DNA of 64,000 nucleotides from Octopus vulgaris (lineage: Eukaryota): positions 37,262,001 through 37,326,000 of the forward strand of contig OX597836.1 of NCBI GenBank assembly GCA_951406725.2, given 5' to 3'. Positions 12,418 to 25,386 of this stretch are shown in pieces. The position numbers and the translations under genes were made by a program. How positions within the stretch are numbered: the first letter of the stretch is position 1; the number at the start of each line of letters is the position of its first letter. A model generated the notes under the pieces. The model was not told the DNA's origin and searched no databases. It saw nothing but the letters and a program-made list of their open reading frames with translations.

Positions 12418-12457
12418 AAGAAATTTGAAAAGCTACACGCGAAACCGGTAATTTCTT
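12418..12457 (+). ncRNA. Type I hammerhead ribozyme, U3-A8 covariant core
   Basis: aagaaat-TTGAAAA-gc-tacac-gc-GAAA-ccgg-TA-atttctt: 7-bp perfect stem I, palindromic stem III, GUA site. Confidence 0.75.
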
Positions 12458-12633
12458 TAAAAATTTAAAAATTATGTCATTTTAAGGAAAGGAAAAAAAA
12501 ATTTTTCCAATATTCTCCAGACATTTTGACACAAATATATATATCTTTTAACATTTAAGCCTTCTGTCGTTTTTTCACACTTTACTATTTTCTTATATAT
12601 TCACCCACGTGCTTTACCAAACAAACTTTCTTA

Positions 12634-12671
<38 letters not shown>

Positions 12672-12672
12672 G

Positions 12673-12790
12673 TGGAGCGCAATGGCCCAGTGGATAGAGC
12701 AGTGGACTCGCAGTCGGAAGATCGCGGTTCAATTCCCAGACCAAGCGATGTGTGTGTTTATTGAGCGAAAACACCTAAAAACTCCACGAA
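12673..12790 (+). mobile_element. SINE family A, 3'-truncated (tRNA-like head)
   Basis: gcgcaatggcccagtgg...cggttcaattcccagacc...gagcgaaaacacctaaa matches the 59712 copy. Confidence 0.85.
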
Positions 12791-12865
12791 ACTGCTGTCA
12801 TAGTGCCAAAATTGGAAACCAATATACTTAAATAATCCCACGTATATCATTGTCATATAATAGAC

Positions 12866-13514
12866 CATTGCACAAATCTGTGAATTATTTCCCTATATGG
12901 TTAGCCTTTAGGAATTAGCTTCATGGCTATGACGGAGATACCATTGACAGATATTAACAACGAAAAGGTTTGGATGCGTAATATTACTATTGATTCAACC
13001 TTTGCGCCATATGAGACTCATTCTCGCATTTCAAGTACTGGTTTGGACAGGAATTCAAAAGATAATATCCCTAAGTTTGATATGTATCGCGAATATTGTC
13101 AGAGTTCAACGAAAGCAGCATAAAAGTACAAGAAATATAATCTTAGCAGAGACAGCTCTTAACAACCGAATCAATTTCTGTCCACTCTGACAATCAACGC
13201 TTCCCAAAATCTTAATATACTAAATTGATAGAACACACTACATTGATAAAATTATATCATGTTTCGTCCCTTGTGTTGGTATCTTCAGGTCAAAATAGTT
13301 GAAATATAAATCTTCAGAAACGAGAAACCAAGGAATGAGGTGGTACACTTTATTTGCGTTTCGCAAATTATTTTGTGCTCATTCATTTTTCGAATTCATC
13401 AATTTTCCTGTTTACCAACAAAACTCTACCAACATGGCTGTCACTTCTTTCATTGTTTACTAAAAATTAAAGGTTTTGGCTTTTGGTATACTTTCGCAAG
13501 TTTCTTTTGATCCA
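12866..13514 (+). repeat. Copy 2 of the diverged ~670-bp direct duplication
   Basis: See 10970-11640. Confidence 0.85.
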
Positions 13515-13605
13515 ACGTGTTTGCCTCCGTGTATATGTTATTTTATTCATTTATTCTTTCGTATGTTTCGGCGGCAATAAGGCCATGGTAATGCTGGAGC
13601 GCTGC

Positions 13606-13690
<85 letters not shown>

Positions 13691-13695
<5 letters not shown>

Positions 13696-14077
13696 TAGAG
13701 ACAACCACTATTATGCAAATCAAACAAAGATTAGCCAATACATAAAATAATTTATATAAATTTAGAAATTTAACAATTATAAATAACCACTACGATCGTT
13801 TCATGTCTTGTTTCAGCACATCTTTGAGACATTCTTCAGGTGGTTTCAAAACCTTCTTGGCGAGTTTTAAACTATGAACTCATAGTTATTTATAATTGTT
13901 AAATTTCTAAATTTATATAAATTATTTTATGTATTGGCTTAAGTCTTTCTTTGTTTGATTTGCATAATAGTGGTTTTGTCTCTAATTTAATATAATATAA
14001 TATTTTACTATAAAATTGGATTCAATCCTAAATCTGATTTTTCCTGTAAATTTGGATTTATTCCCTAATATTTATTA

Positions 14078-14085
<8 letters not shown>
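13691..14085. mobile_element. (TA)n-embedded element with ~100-bp inverted arms (Penelope-like)
   Basis: 13691-13787 pairs with 13885-13989 with a few indels; a hammerhead lies in the loop and (TA)n flanks both sides. Confidence 0.8.
13785..13845 (-). ncRNA. Canonical-core type I hammerhead ribozyme
   Basis: Minus strand reads aaccac-CTGAAGA-atgtct-(18 nt)-agacat-GAAA-cgatcg-TA-gtggtt. All stems are perfect and the site is GUA. Confidence 0.9.
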
Positions 14086-14117
<32 letters not shown>

Positions 14118-14757
14118 CAAACAACTGCGTTAAAATTCGAATTTCTGAAATTTATAACTCCAGGCTCCGCAGCCCACTTGAAATTTTGAATAATTGGTGA
14201 AAAATTAGTCTATAACACGTTTGACGTTACTCATTTGATTTTTTTTATATCCAGTAATACGTATTAGTTTTCTTTTGTGAAATCCCTTGAGCACAAGCGT
14301 GTCAAACTCTAAAGCTCTTCAATGTATATCTTTAGGCTCCACAATGCACTTGAAAAATTTCGAAATTATGTGAAATAGATAGACATTCGAATTTTCTTTA
14401 TTACTTTCAATAATAGGTCACCGAATATTTGTGTTACATGAGGTCTAGATTACACACATGTGTAGCAAGTGAACACCGAGTATATAGTGCGTGTGTTTTC
14501 ATTGGCTAAACTGGCAACGTGACTATCCCTAAATACAACAATAGTAAAAAAAATATATTCGTGTTCCAGTGATATATAAGCCCATGAGTGACTATCAATG
14601 TAAGCAAGTGTGCGTGTATGTGTGTGTGTGTATGTATATGTTTGTACTGTGTATTTTTTGTGCATCAATGGACGTAACTAAATATTATTGGCCATGAATG
14701 TGTCTGAGTTGTATTACCTTCACAACGTCATTGCTGTCGAGGGTTTAATTAATTTCC

Positions 14758-14972
14758 TATTGGTTTCAAATTTCAGGACGCTAACAGCCAGTTCAGTGGG
14801 AGGGCACTTGTCAATTACATCGACATCAGTATTTCACGGGTACTTATTTTATCCACCCCGAAAGGGTAAAAGGCAAAGTCGACGACAGCAGAATTTGAAC
14901 GCAGAACTTAGCGACGGACGAAATGCCGCTAAGCATTTTGTCTGGCCTGCTAACGATTCTGGTAGCTCACTG
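14758..14972 (-). mobile_element. SINE family C monomer (diverged)
   Basis: Contains gtacttattttatc...cccgaaaggg..aaaggcaaagtcgac...gaatttgaac. Confidence 0.75.
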
Positions 14973-15054
14973 CTGAGCATTCCCATAGAAAATATATATT
15001 TCAGACTATTTGGGATATATACTGTCAAGTACATCTGCATCAAACTATTTAACT

Positions 15055-15093
<39 letters not shown>

Positions 15094-16520
15094 AGTGAGG
15101 GGAGAGAGAGAAGATAGTGAGGGGAGAGAGAGTAAAGCACAATTGGAAAGACATATCCATTATTTCCTTTCAAATACACCATTGAATGTTCATTCTAAGT
15201 GTGACACAATCCAGGTGGTAGGCAGATAGATACATATTTTCAGCGATAAGATTTACGTGTTGAAATTATGAATGGAAGTGTTTCTTATCCAAAGTTCACG
15301 ATAAAAGCCTACGTTGGTAGTTTCTTTCTATATACATTCCATTTTATCATAAGAAAGTTTGATGATTCTAAACAAAATGTCTACCAACCATTATCTATCT
15401 TTGTTATATGATATATCAAAGTTCAAAAATATCTTAATTTAAATGTCTGATTAATCAAAAGATATTTCACTCTTCTCCTAATTTAAAAAGACGCCATACA
15501 AATGCAATGGTGCCTTTGTGCATTGTTATATGACGTATAACCGGAAGCCAGATGACAAAACGGTTGATAATGACGATGGGCAGTGGTTTAGATTGCTAAA
15601 CTGTATTATAGAAATGTAGAATTAGAAAGTTTTCTTCTCGTTTGAAGATTGAATAATTCGCCATAAGTTAAATTCTCTGTAGCATACATACATGCTTAGT
15701 TTGCTAAAAAGATCTAATTCTGAGACACAGAAAACAGCTGACAATTCGTAAATATTTATCAACGTTCCTTAATGAATGTATTTACTTGCAGGAACTAATA
15801 AATATGACAATATATCATTCGAAGTGCGCAAAATGAAAATTAGTTTTTGAAACATTCCCATTTCAAAACAGCTAACAATTCATGAATAGTTTCATTTCCT
15901 TCAGATGAACGTTGCAAAGATGAAATATGAAGCGCAATGAAACAAACATTTAGTCTAAAAACTTAAGATTTCTTTTGCTTATCAATTTACGAGCAAATAA
16001 GGTCATAAACGTTATTTCATTTCCTGTGGACTCGTTTAGCCTGATAAAAGATTCATACAGGCTTCCATAATAAAATATCTCTACAAACATAAAATATTTT
16101 GATAGTTCACTTACTAAATTCTACACAAATGAACAGGCATCTGTCCGTTGATGTTCAAACAGCTAGAAACTTCCTTTAAATTACGACAAGCGTCCGAACT
16201 AAAGTCATACTACATTTGGTAATGTACTTCTAAGAACATTTAGCGCTCATCGTGTTCCTCATGGTTGTAATGGCTTTGAGCATAGTTTAGCGTATGTCTG
16301 GTCTAGGGCTAATTAATAACAATATGCTTAATAAACAGCTCTGTTGGATAACTTAACCTTCGAAACATCGGAAAAATTGACCTCAGATCGCATCATATAT
16401 CTCTAACATACATAATTATTAATCCTTAACATACAAAAATTGCGATAGCCACGGTTTGATCGCTGTCATGCGACAAAACAGAGTAATTTCCAAATATTAA
16501 TAATATACTTATTAAGAGAT

Positions 16521-16706
16521 AAGGCGGCCAGGCGAAATGCATAGCGGCATTTCGTCTGCCTTTACGTTCAGAGTTCAAATTTCTTCGTGGTCCAATTTGC
16601 CTTTGATCCTTTCGCGGTGTATAAAATACGTACCAGTTCAGCACTTGGATCGATGTAATCGATTTACCTTGGAACTTGCTGGCTTGTGTCAAATTTGAAA
16701 TCAATA
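16521..16706 (+). mobile_element. SINE family C monomer (diverged)
   Basis: ggcgaaatgcatagcggcatttcgtctgcc...gagttcaaatt...gcctttgatcctttcg. Confidence 0.75.
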
Positions 16707-16889
16707 TATTAATTAATAGACAGCTTGCAACCGATTGTAGAATATAAATTGGTCTGTTCGTTAGATAGCATGGAAAATATATATTATATGCCTAAAATAA
16801 TTAGCATATCCCTAAAATAATTAACATATCCCTAATATTAATTATCTAAGGATGCCATCTGACTCTGTGTTAAATATCCTTAAATATCA

Positions 16890-17075
16890 TTTCTATTATA
16901 AGCACAAAGACTGAAATTTTGTGGGAGGGGACTAGTCCATTACATCAACCCCAGTACACAACTGGTACTTAATTCATCGACCCCGAAATGATGAAAGGCA
17001 AGGTTGACATCGGCGGAATTTGAACTCAGAACGTAGCAACAGGCGAAATACCGCTAAGCGTTTCGTCCAGCGTTG
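16890..17075 (-). mobile_element. SINE family C monomer
   Basis: Shares the core with the other family C copies. Confidence 0.75.
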
Positions 17076-17299
17076 CCAGGGCTTTGGAAAGTTCACTATG
17101 AAATGTGTTTGCGGCGATATAAATAAGAGCGATTTCGCTTAATGAACAACACTCGAGTTGTCTGATGGTTTAGATAATATAAATTTGTATTGAAATCTGC
17201 TGAAGACAACTCACTGATGTATGATTGACTAGAGCTCGCCATTTCGCACTTAATTGAGGTGCAATTAAACGGTGAGACAGCCGGGTGCAAATGCTAATC

Positions 17300-18689
17300 A
17301 ATCATTCACACAGTTTAGGCATGCTTGTGAAACTGCACAATCCACATACAGTAGGCGTTAAAATTTAACCCTGGGTTAAATCTTGCTTTCTTGGTTAGGA
17401 GTGTGAAATGACGCCAAAGTTCAAAGAAAAAATTTAAGTCCCCATTCCACATTTAATTGTGGTGTAATATCATGGGGAAGACAACCGGGTGCAAAATTAA
17501 ATTCGATCATCCTAAAGTTAACTAAAAAAGCTAAAGTTTAGTCAGCGGGATTTTAAAAATCGCTATTCCATTTGTAGGGCATGAGTAACCGATACGTCAA
17601 CTTTCGTTTAAGTGGTCTATTATTTCCACAGGTTAAAATACTTTGCTACGACCATACTATGAACTTTAAAAGTGGTCCAAAGGGGCTCACTGCCCTCCCT
17701 AGGAGGCTTCCTTGCAGAATTCAAGTGATAACAAATGTGCGGTACTTTATCTTATAGCAGGCAATAATCATAATAAACTCCCGAGGTTCTGATGGTGTGT
17801 TATTGTGGCAGTTTAAACTATTATGGGTTAATGATTTAGGCTCATTGTCCCCGTGGGGGTCCTCTTACTGAACTGAAATGAAAGTAGATGCGCCTCACTG
17901 TATATTCGTCCGTAGTTTAATGAATAACAGCTGGGGTCGAAATTCATCTTATGGCACTACCAATTATCGAAGCTATGAACCGTTGCTGCATTTCAATAGG
18001 TCAATTGAATAAATGACTCGCCTTTGCTTGTTCTGTGTGTAGACAGTGTCTTGAACATCATCTTTAGGCAATGAGTGACCGATGTGTCCCGTAAAGTTAA
18101 TATCGAACGTAGACTTTAAAAATTATCATGTACTAATACAGTGTTAAAGTGAATTTCAATAGATAAGTCGAAGTGGATTACTTCCACCCCACCCCGGGGT
18201 CTCCTTGATAAGTTCAAATAAAAATTCATGTGGTCACCTTCCTCTGTGTGCCATAGGTAATCAATACGTCTCGTTTCTTGAAAACAAAACACCAACTCAA
18301 GCAGTTGTGACGTTTTGTTGCATTGACGGTATCAACTTCAACATTCATCAAAATCGGTTTACTGCCCCCACAAGGGGTTTCATACCTGAATTTCTGCGCA
18401 AATGTATGCCTGCTATTTTATTTGTAAGCCATAAGCAAAAAAAAGAATTTTGGTAAAGATGGAAGCAAACTGCAGGAATCATCGGGCCTTTATGCAGTAG
18501 TACTGCAGACTCCAGGAGAGTGACTTAAGAGGGGTATCTGCTCCTGGGGGCGGTACAATCGATGTACGGGAAAATAAAATAATCTACGACGCGTAACAGG
18601 ACTTCAGAAACCTATGTATGAAATTTGGTGCAAATCGATTGTAAAATGTAGAAATGCATGCAGTTACACAGACAGACAGACATCTTCTG

Positions 18690-18692
<3 letters not shown>
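17300..18692 (-). mobile_element. Highly decayed Helitron-like element (Pif1-type helicase traces)
   Basis: Minus-strand traces PCGGSKPILMNV (cf. PGGTGKTFL), PMAHRG and PGCLPH. The terminus at ~18690 has the ctgtctgt microsatellite and atcgatttgcaccaaattt motif typical of non-autonomous Helitron ends. Evidence is weak. Confidence 0.4.
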
Positions 18693-18738
<46 letters not shown>

Positions 18739-18746
<8 letters not shown>

Positions 18747-18833
18747 GTGAAGGGAAGAAATGGAGCTGAACGAAGATTCTACAGAATTCTTCAATTATTC
18801 GTTCAGCTCCATTTCTTCCCTTCACTAAATATA
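18739..18833. repeat. 36-bp perfect inverted repeat at the edge of (TA)n
   Basis: atatttagtgaagggaagaaatggagctgaacgaa pairs with ttcgttcagctccatttcttcccttcactaaatat across a 23-nt loop. Confidence 0.9.
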
Positions 18834-18978
18834 TTAAACTTCAATTATCCGCGCTAAGGCACGGTTGCGACACCCCATGGTCGTAACTTCAACCGTGTTT
18901 TTTCTGTTGTGATTTTTGCTACCCAGGTATCGGTTAAATTTTGAATAATCCGTAACAAGATAATTCATTTATCCATTT

Positions 18979-19037
<59 letters not shown>

Positions 19038-19208
19038 TGTATCAATAATACAGTGATTGTTTCTTGTCAGGAACAAAAAGATTAATAGGACTGCTATAGA
19101 AGTGCTCTATTGGAAGAGACAAAAATATCAAAGTAAGGTTAAAGAACAAACAAATGCAAGGTCATATGTATATATACATACGTCCATACATACACACACA
19201 CATATATG

Positions 19209-19278
<70 letters not shown>

Positions 19279-19619
19279 GAATAAATATATATTTGTGTAT
19301 GCATAAACATACATGCACACATGAATATATATTTACGCATAGATGTGTGAGGAGGGTTTTTGTACGCATATGTATACAAACACATCTATACATACACACA
19401 CTCACCCATATATATATATATATATACATATATAAATATGCACATATACGTACCTTCAATTGTAGTTGAAAATTATTGTTTCCCATGAATTCCGTAAAAG
19501 GAAAACGACAAAAAATTGAAAAAGATGTAACTCGAAACGACATACTTTAGAGTGTTATCTGCATATGTGTTCGTGTTCGTGCGTTCGTGTGTATCTGTGT
19601 GTGTGTGTCTGTGTGTATG

Positions 19620-19645
19620 TGTGTGTGATAGTGTATAGAAAGAAG

Positions 19646-19719
<74 letters not shown>

Positions 19720-19755
19720 CAGATAGATAGATAGATAGATAGTGTGTGATAGTGT

Positions 19756-19819
<64 letters not shown>

Positions 19820-19832
19820 TGTGTGATAGTGT

Positions 19833-19888
<56 letters not shown>

Positions 19889-19933
19889 TGTGTGATAGTA
19901 TATAGATAGATAGATATATATATATATGGATAT

Positions 19934-20013
<80 letters not shown>

Positions 20014-20040
20014 GTAGGTAGATAGATAGATAGATAGATT

Positions 20041-20093
<53 letters not shown>

Positions 20094-20150
20094 TGTGTGA
20101 TAGTGTATAGTGTGTAATAGTATATAGATAAATAGATAGATATAGACGTA
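19620..20150. repeat. (GATA)n tract with recurring gtgtgtgatagtgtata interruptions
   Basis: Directly visible higher-order repeat. Confidence 0.95.
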
Positions 20151-20468
20151 GATATATACACAGCGATTGAGAGAAGAGAAGAACTAAATGAATGCCATAT
20201 ACATTACCCAATGTAAACTATGATGGATGAGTTGAATAATGATATAAGTTCGGTGACAGATAAGTAGATCCATATTTTCATCGAAGTTACAGATAAGATG
20301 TGTTTAAATTTTCAAAGAACCTCAGGAGTATGGACATATTTCTTATACATACTTCATGATAAACAGCCTGCAGGCTGTTTCTTTCTATGTTCATTATTAA
20401 TTGTCGTAGCATTATGATTTTCGACAAGATAGTCTATTGCTTATCGCTTTATAACATCTGAATAGCTG

Positions 20469-20768
20469 AGCGTGGCTTAGTGGTTAGGGTAATCGGCTCA
20501 CGGTCGTAAGCTCATGAGTTCGATCCCTGGCGGTTCTTTGTGTCCTTGAGCAAGATACTTTTTTTTCGTGTTGCCTCGATCTACTCAGCTGGCAAAAATG
20601 AATAGTACTTGTATTTTCAAGGGCCAGCTTCATCACATGCCGTGTCGTGTTGAACCTCCCAAAGAACTACCTTAAGGGTACGCGTATTTGCACGTCAATT
20701 TCCCGAGGAGGCTGTTCCGTTGATCGGATCAACTGGAACAGTCATTGTCGTAACCGGCGAAGTACCAG
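20469..20768 (+). mobile_element. Diverged SINE related to family A
   Basis: tRNA-like head (tggcttagtggttagg...gagttcgatccc) and 3' end ggctgttccgttgatcggatcaactggaac...gtcgtaacc. Confidence 0.8.
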
Positions 20769-21345
20769 TAAAATGTTGCCATAGAAACTGGGTTGCTATG
20801 CTTAAGGCGTTAACTTTGTAATTATGTGGTCATGGGTTGAGTGCCACTGCACAATACCTACAGCGGACACTGTCTATCAGAGTCTTAGTTTTACCCAAAT
20901 CGATTGGATAGTACTTCTCATTGAATTGAAGATGTAACCTTTTATCAGGTTTATAACTAATATAAATACTAACCCGACGCAACGCGACCTCTTCAAAATT
21001 CGCTCCATTTCTGACATTCCACCCTTGGCTGCAAGATTGGAGATATCAATTTGTCTGACGCTTGCTAACCGTATATCTCAAATAACCTGGAAAATAATCA
21101 TGAGCGCTGCATTTTGTCGTAAAACTAAAAACTGTAAAAGAGTTGAGGTCAGCTCCCTGCAGACTAATTTCCTGATCTGAAATCGATTCCAGATTAAATT
21201 AAATTCAGAATCAATGACATTCTAATCATCTTTCTATGCTCATTAATGTAACAGGCTCTTTCATTACACATAACGGGTATTGTTCTTATGCCAAAAAACA
21301 ATGTGCATTAATGATTTGAACTTATGGTAATCTCTCTCTCTCCTT

Positions 21346-21386
<41 letters not shown>

Positions 21387-23304
21387 CCTTCTCTCTCTCC
21401 TTTATTTCTCTACCTCTCCTTCTCTCTATCTCTCTCTTTCTCTACGTTCGAAAATTCTAAAAGTTTTTTTTTTTTCAGTAAATTTAAATCAATTTCATCC
21501 AATTAGATTTAACTAATGAAAGTAACTAAAAATAACTTTTCCATTTAAAGTCTATTAAAGCTAATCAGATCTGACTTCTATCAGTCGTAATGAAACTCAT
21601 TAAGAAGATTGTTAAGAAAGAATATGCCTGCTTTGATTTCAGCCAGCATGTGCGTTGTATTCTATTTCCTCTATTAATCTATCGATACATTATGCAATGA
21701 ATGAGCCGATAAACAATTATCAATAATTATCTTTTATTTTTATTTCTCAACGTTCAGTTGTTTGTTGAGAAGTATAGTTCAACAGCCAAACAAACCTATC
21801 ATTTCTTATAATTTAAAAGCTATTTGCCAACTCCTAAAGAAACCCTCACTTCAGTCACTAGAATTTGTTGCTTCCAAATAATTACGTTTCTAATGACAAT
21901 TAGAATCGTTCTACAGGGCAGTAACGAGAAATGCTAAATTTCTACTTTTCCGAAGAATTAAATCTATAATTCAACATCCAGCAAATCCCTTATACTCTGT
22001 GCAAATGATGCAAAATTCTTAATGGTCTATTTTCCTGCTATTTATCTCATACTCCATTTCTCTTCAGTATTTTCCTTTCGTGTTATCGTGACACCTATTA
22101 GTTAATATCTGTGCTTAACTTGACAGGTTGAAATAACTACACCTTATATACCATTGTTAATTTACCTCTCGAGTTAGTCCCAGATTGTTAAGCCTATAGA
22201 TGGGATTTCATGTTTCGTAACGGATATTCAGTAGGCAGTGGAATTGATTTATTGAACAAATAAGTATCATGTACTCAAACCTCTGCTTTCTCGTTCTCTT
22301 ACTACTTAAGTCTCTAATTTGGTCTTCACCGTTATATTATATAGCATTTCCAACAGATACAGGTAGAGATAGACAATTCATCATTTGATAAATTGATTTC
22401 TCATCGAGTTTCCCATGTTCTCAACAGCTTGTTAACCTATTTAAGCATCGGATCAAATTAGTCGCTCCTTTCAAAATTGATCTAAACTGAAATGTCGAAG
22501 AGTATTTTATAAATGGCTTTTGTAATGTCCATACGTTTATCTACAGTAATATTACTTGTAGTATTGCTATTTCCTCAGAGGAAGATAGTTATACTCCTGG
22601 CAAATCGACAACACCATTTAGTTTCGATTTAATCTTCATTTAATTTCAAATCTTTAGAGAGTAATTTTTGTTACAAACCCCCAATAGTTTGACCTGATTA
22701 ACGACACCACTTCGATCTTGAGTACCTTTGTCAAAATCCAGTTTGTTGCCCAGACTTGGACCAACTCTCCTGTCTAATGATACCTTTTCATTCATAGCAA
22801 ATCCCGGAATAGGTAACTCATGCTCCCTATTCTCCCCTTAATAATCCCTAGATAATATATTCAGATTATTTCATTTGTTCTCCATTAAAATTGCACATTG
22901 AGCAACTAAATAGTTCTGTATTTCGGGAGCTATGAAATACGTAGCTTTTTGTTAGTAGAACTCGAAGTAGATAAAGCTATGAATAAAAGCGTCTAGGATA
23001 CTTTGTTTTAAATAACCCTTAGATGGAACAGTTACTACCAGTATCATCCGGATGAATTTGTTCAAACATTAACTTCAGAAACTTATCTTGCATCATGCGT
23101 TGCGCCGTGAAACGAGGAGAAGGAGTTCTGCCGTAGCCCAGGCTATGCTTCAGTGTTCAACACTAATTATATACAAATCTATATTCTGTGTTTATACGCA
23201 ATATTATCGAGGACAGAAAAAGAAGGGCAATCAGTACCTAACTATCTATAGATATATCTAGTAAAACTGCAAAATCCTGAAATAAACCAGTTCACACACC
23301 ACTA

Positions 23305-23713
23305 CTCTCTTTTCTCTTTTACTTGTTTCAGTTATTTGACTGCGGCCATGCTGGAGCACCGCCTTTAGTCGAGCAAATCGACCCCGGGACTTATTCTTTG
23401 TAAGCCCAGTACTTATTCTATCGGTCTCTTTTTTGCCGAACCGCTAAGTGACGGGGACGTAAACACACCAGCATCGGTTGTCAAACAATGCTAGAGGGAC
23501 AAACAGAGATACACAAACATATACATACACATACATACATATATATACATATATACGACAGGCTTCTTTCAGTTTCCGTCTACCAAATCCACTCACAAGG
23601 CATTGGTTAGCCCGAGGCTATAGCAGAAGACACTTGCCCAAGATGCCACGCAGTGGGACTGAACCCAGAACCATGTGGTTGGTAGGCAAGCTACTTACCA
23701 CACAGCCACTCCT
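23305..23713 (-). mobile_element. tRNA-derived SINE family B, full length
   Basis: Reverse complement of 37504-37881, with an internal TA/CA microsatellite. Confidence 0.9.
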
Positions 23714-23990
23714 GTATACCAAACCCAAAAGATTCCCTGTCGCTTAATTCAATATGCTTGTTTATTTACCCGTAACAGTAGGTGGTAGGATAGCCATCAA
23801 TATAGAACATAAACAACAGCAACGAAGACTTAATAGAATCGTTACTACAACACTTTACCTTTTTAATAGACACATTGCTGGATTTCGGCCCAAAAATCCT
23901 TATTGCTAACTTCGAGAACTGTTAGTTTGCAAAGCGAAGTCATACGGAGATATAGTATAATGACGCAGCCATAAGACAGGGAAATGTATC

Positions 23991-24527
23991 AAAATGTATT
24001 ACGTTTCTATCAAATATTTAATGAAGATAGGGCGATAAGCACGTCGACGAAGGAGCATCTGTGATGTCACCCGATCTGCTAGAAATAGTTATTAGACTTC
24101 ATCTAACACCTAGATTATCACTACCACCTTTACATGGTTCTTTGGCGCTCTTCATGAAAAAATACTTTTAGCAAACTATCGGATCAGTTCTCTAAAAATA
24201 GCAAAGTTTAAAAATAGCTTCCTTCCTGTCTCAACCCTGAAACTGAATCCCAAAGATCATTAGAGCTGCGCTACCTCACTTCCCTAAGTCATTGAAAATA
24301 TATCCTGCTCTTTTAGAAAGTGACTCATTGGATGTGGTAAACGGAATGGTCGTGGTAGAAAAAGTTTTGCCAGTAAAATGTATTACGTTTCTATCAAATA
24401 TTTAATAAAGATATGGCGATAAGCACGTCAACGAAGGAGCATCTGTGATGTCACACGATCTGCTAGAAATCGTTATTGGACTTCATCTAACACCTAGATT
24501 AGCACTAGAAAAGGTTTTGCCAGTAAG
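23991..24527 (+). repeat. ~132-bp local direct duplication (23991-24123 / 24375-24507)
   Basis: Near-identical copies. The second is flanked by the repeat tagaaaa(a/g)gttttgccagtaa at 24356 and 24506. Confidence 0.9.
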
Positions 24528-25244
24528 TCTATAGGTCTAACAAACAGGTAAAGTGTTGTAGCAACCATTCTATTAAGTCATTATTACTATTGCTTATGCG
24601 CTATATTGATGGCTGTCCTGCCATCTACTGTTACAGGTTTACTCTTCCAACTTTCGTTCTAATTTCTTGAAGTTTAAAACTCAATGATATAGAAGACATC
24701 TTTCATATCAAAAGTTTTCTCTTTCAGTAAAACTAGAAAATACGTCTTATTACGATCAAATGACTATTCCTTCCTTCAGTAAAAATATTTCCCTATATTT
24801 TTCTCTTTAATCTAATATATTTAGATACGATCTCTTAAGTTAGCACGGCACAAACTATGCAAATTCTCTCCACTGTAAGATCTAATGCAATTTCATGCCA
24901 CCATATTTCCAAAGCGATATCTCAACTGCTTTGTACCAGCTGCAAATAGTTGCTTCTCTCACGTTCTTTTCGTTTGCATATGAGTGAGGAATGCAATCCT
25001 TTGCGAATAGCCAACCAATCATGAAACGTGACAGAATAGTTTTATTTTTCTGTGAGCGAGGAAATTAATTTTATATACACATGTGCGTGCCTCTGTGTGT
25101 GAGTATGTCTGTCTGTATACACACATATACATACATAAATAATACATACATACGAACACATACACATGCATGAATGTATGTATGTATTATTTTTCCAGTC
25201 TAGTCTTATGAACTGTGGTTTATCAACATTGATTTCATCTTATA

Positions 25245-25298
<54 letters not shown>

Positions 25299-25337
25299 TA
25301 TATAGATATATAGATATAGATATACATATATATGTAT

Positions 25338-25386
<49 letters not shown>

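Larger units (their letters stand above)
12115..12597. mobile_element. (TA)n-embedded element with ~190-bp perfect inverted repeat (Penelope-like inverted pseudo-LTR)
   Basis: 12115-12307 is the reverse complement of 12403-12597 across a ~95-bp spacer. Each arm holds a hammerhead motif. Confidence 0.8.

Noticed and set aside
13255-13292. Minus-strand CTGAAGA...GAAA-catg hammerhead candidate
   Set aside because: No UH or stem I, and not conserved in the paralogous copy at ~11370.
19516-19545. TTGAAAA...GAAA-cg candidate
   Set aside because: Cleavage site and stem I are missing.
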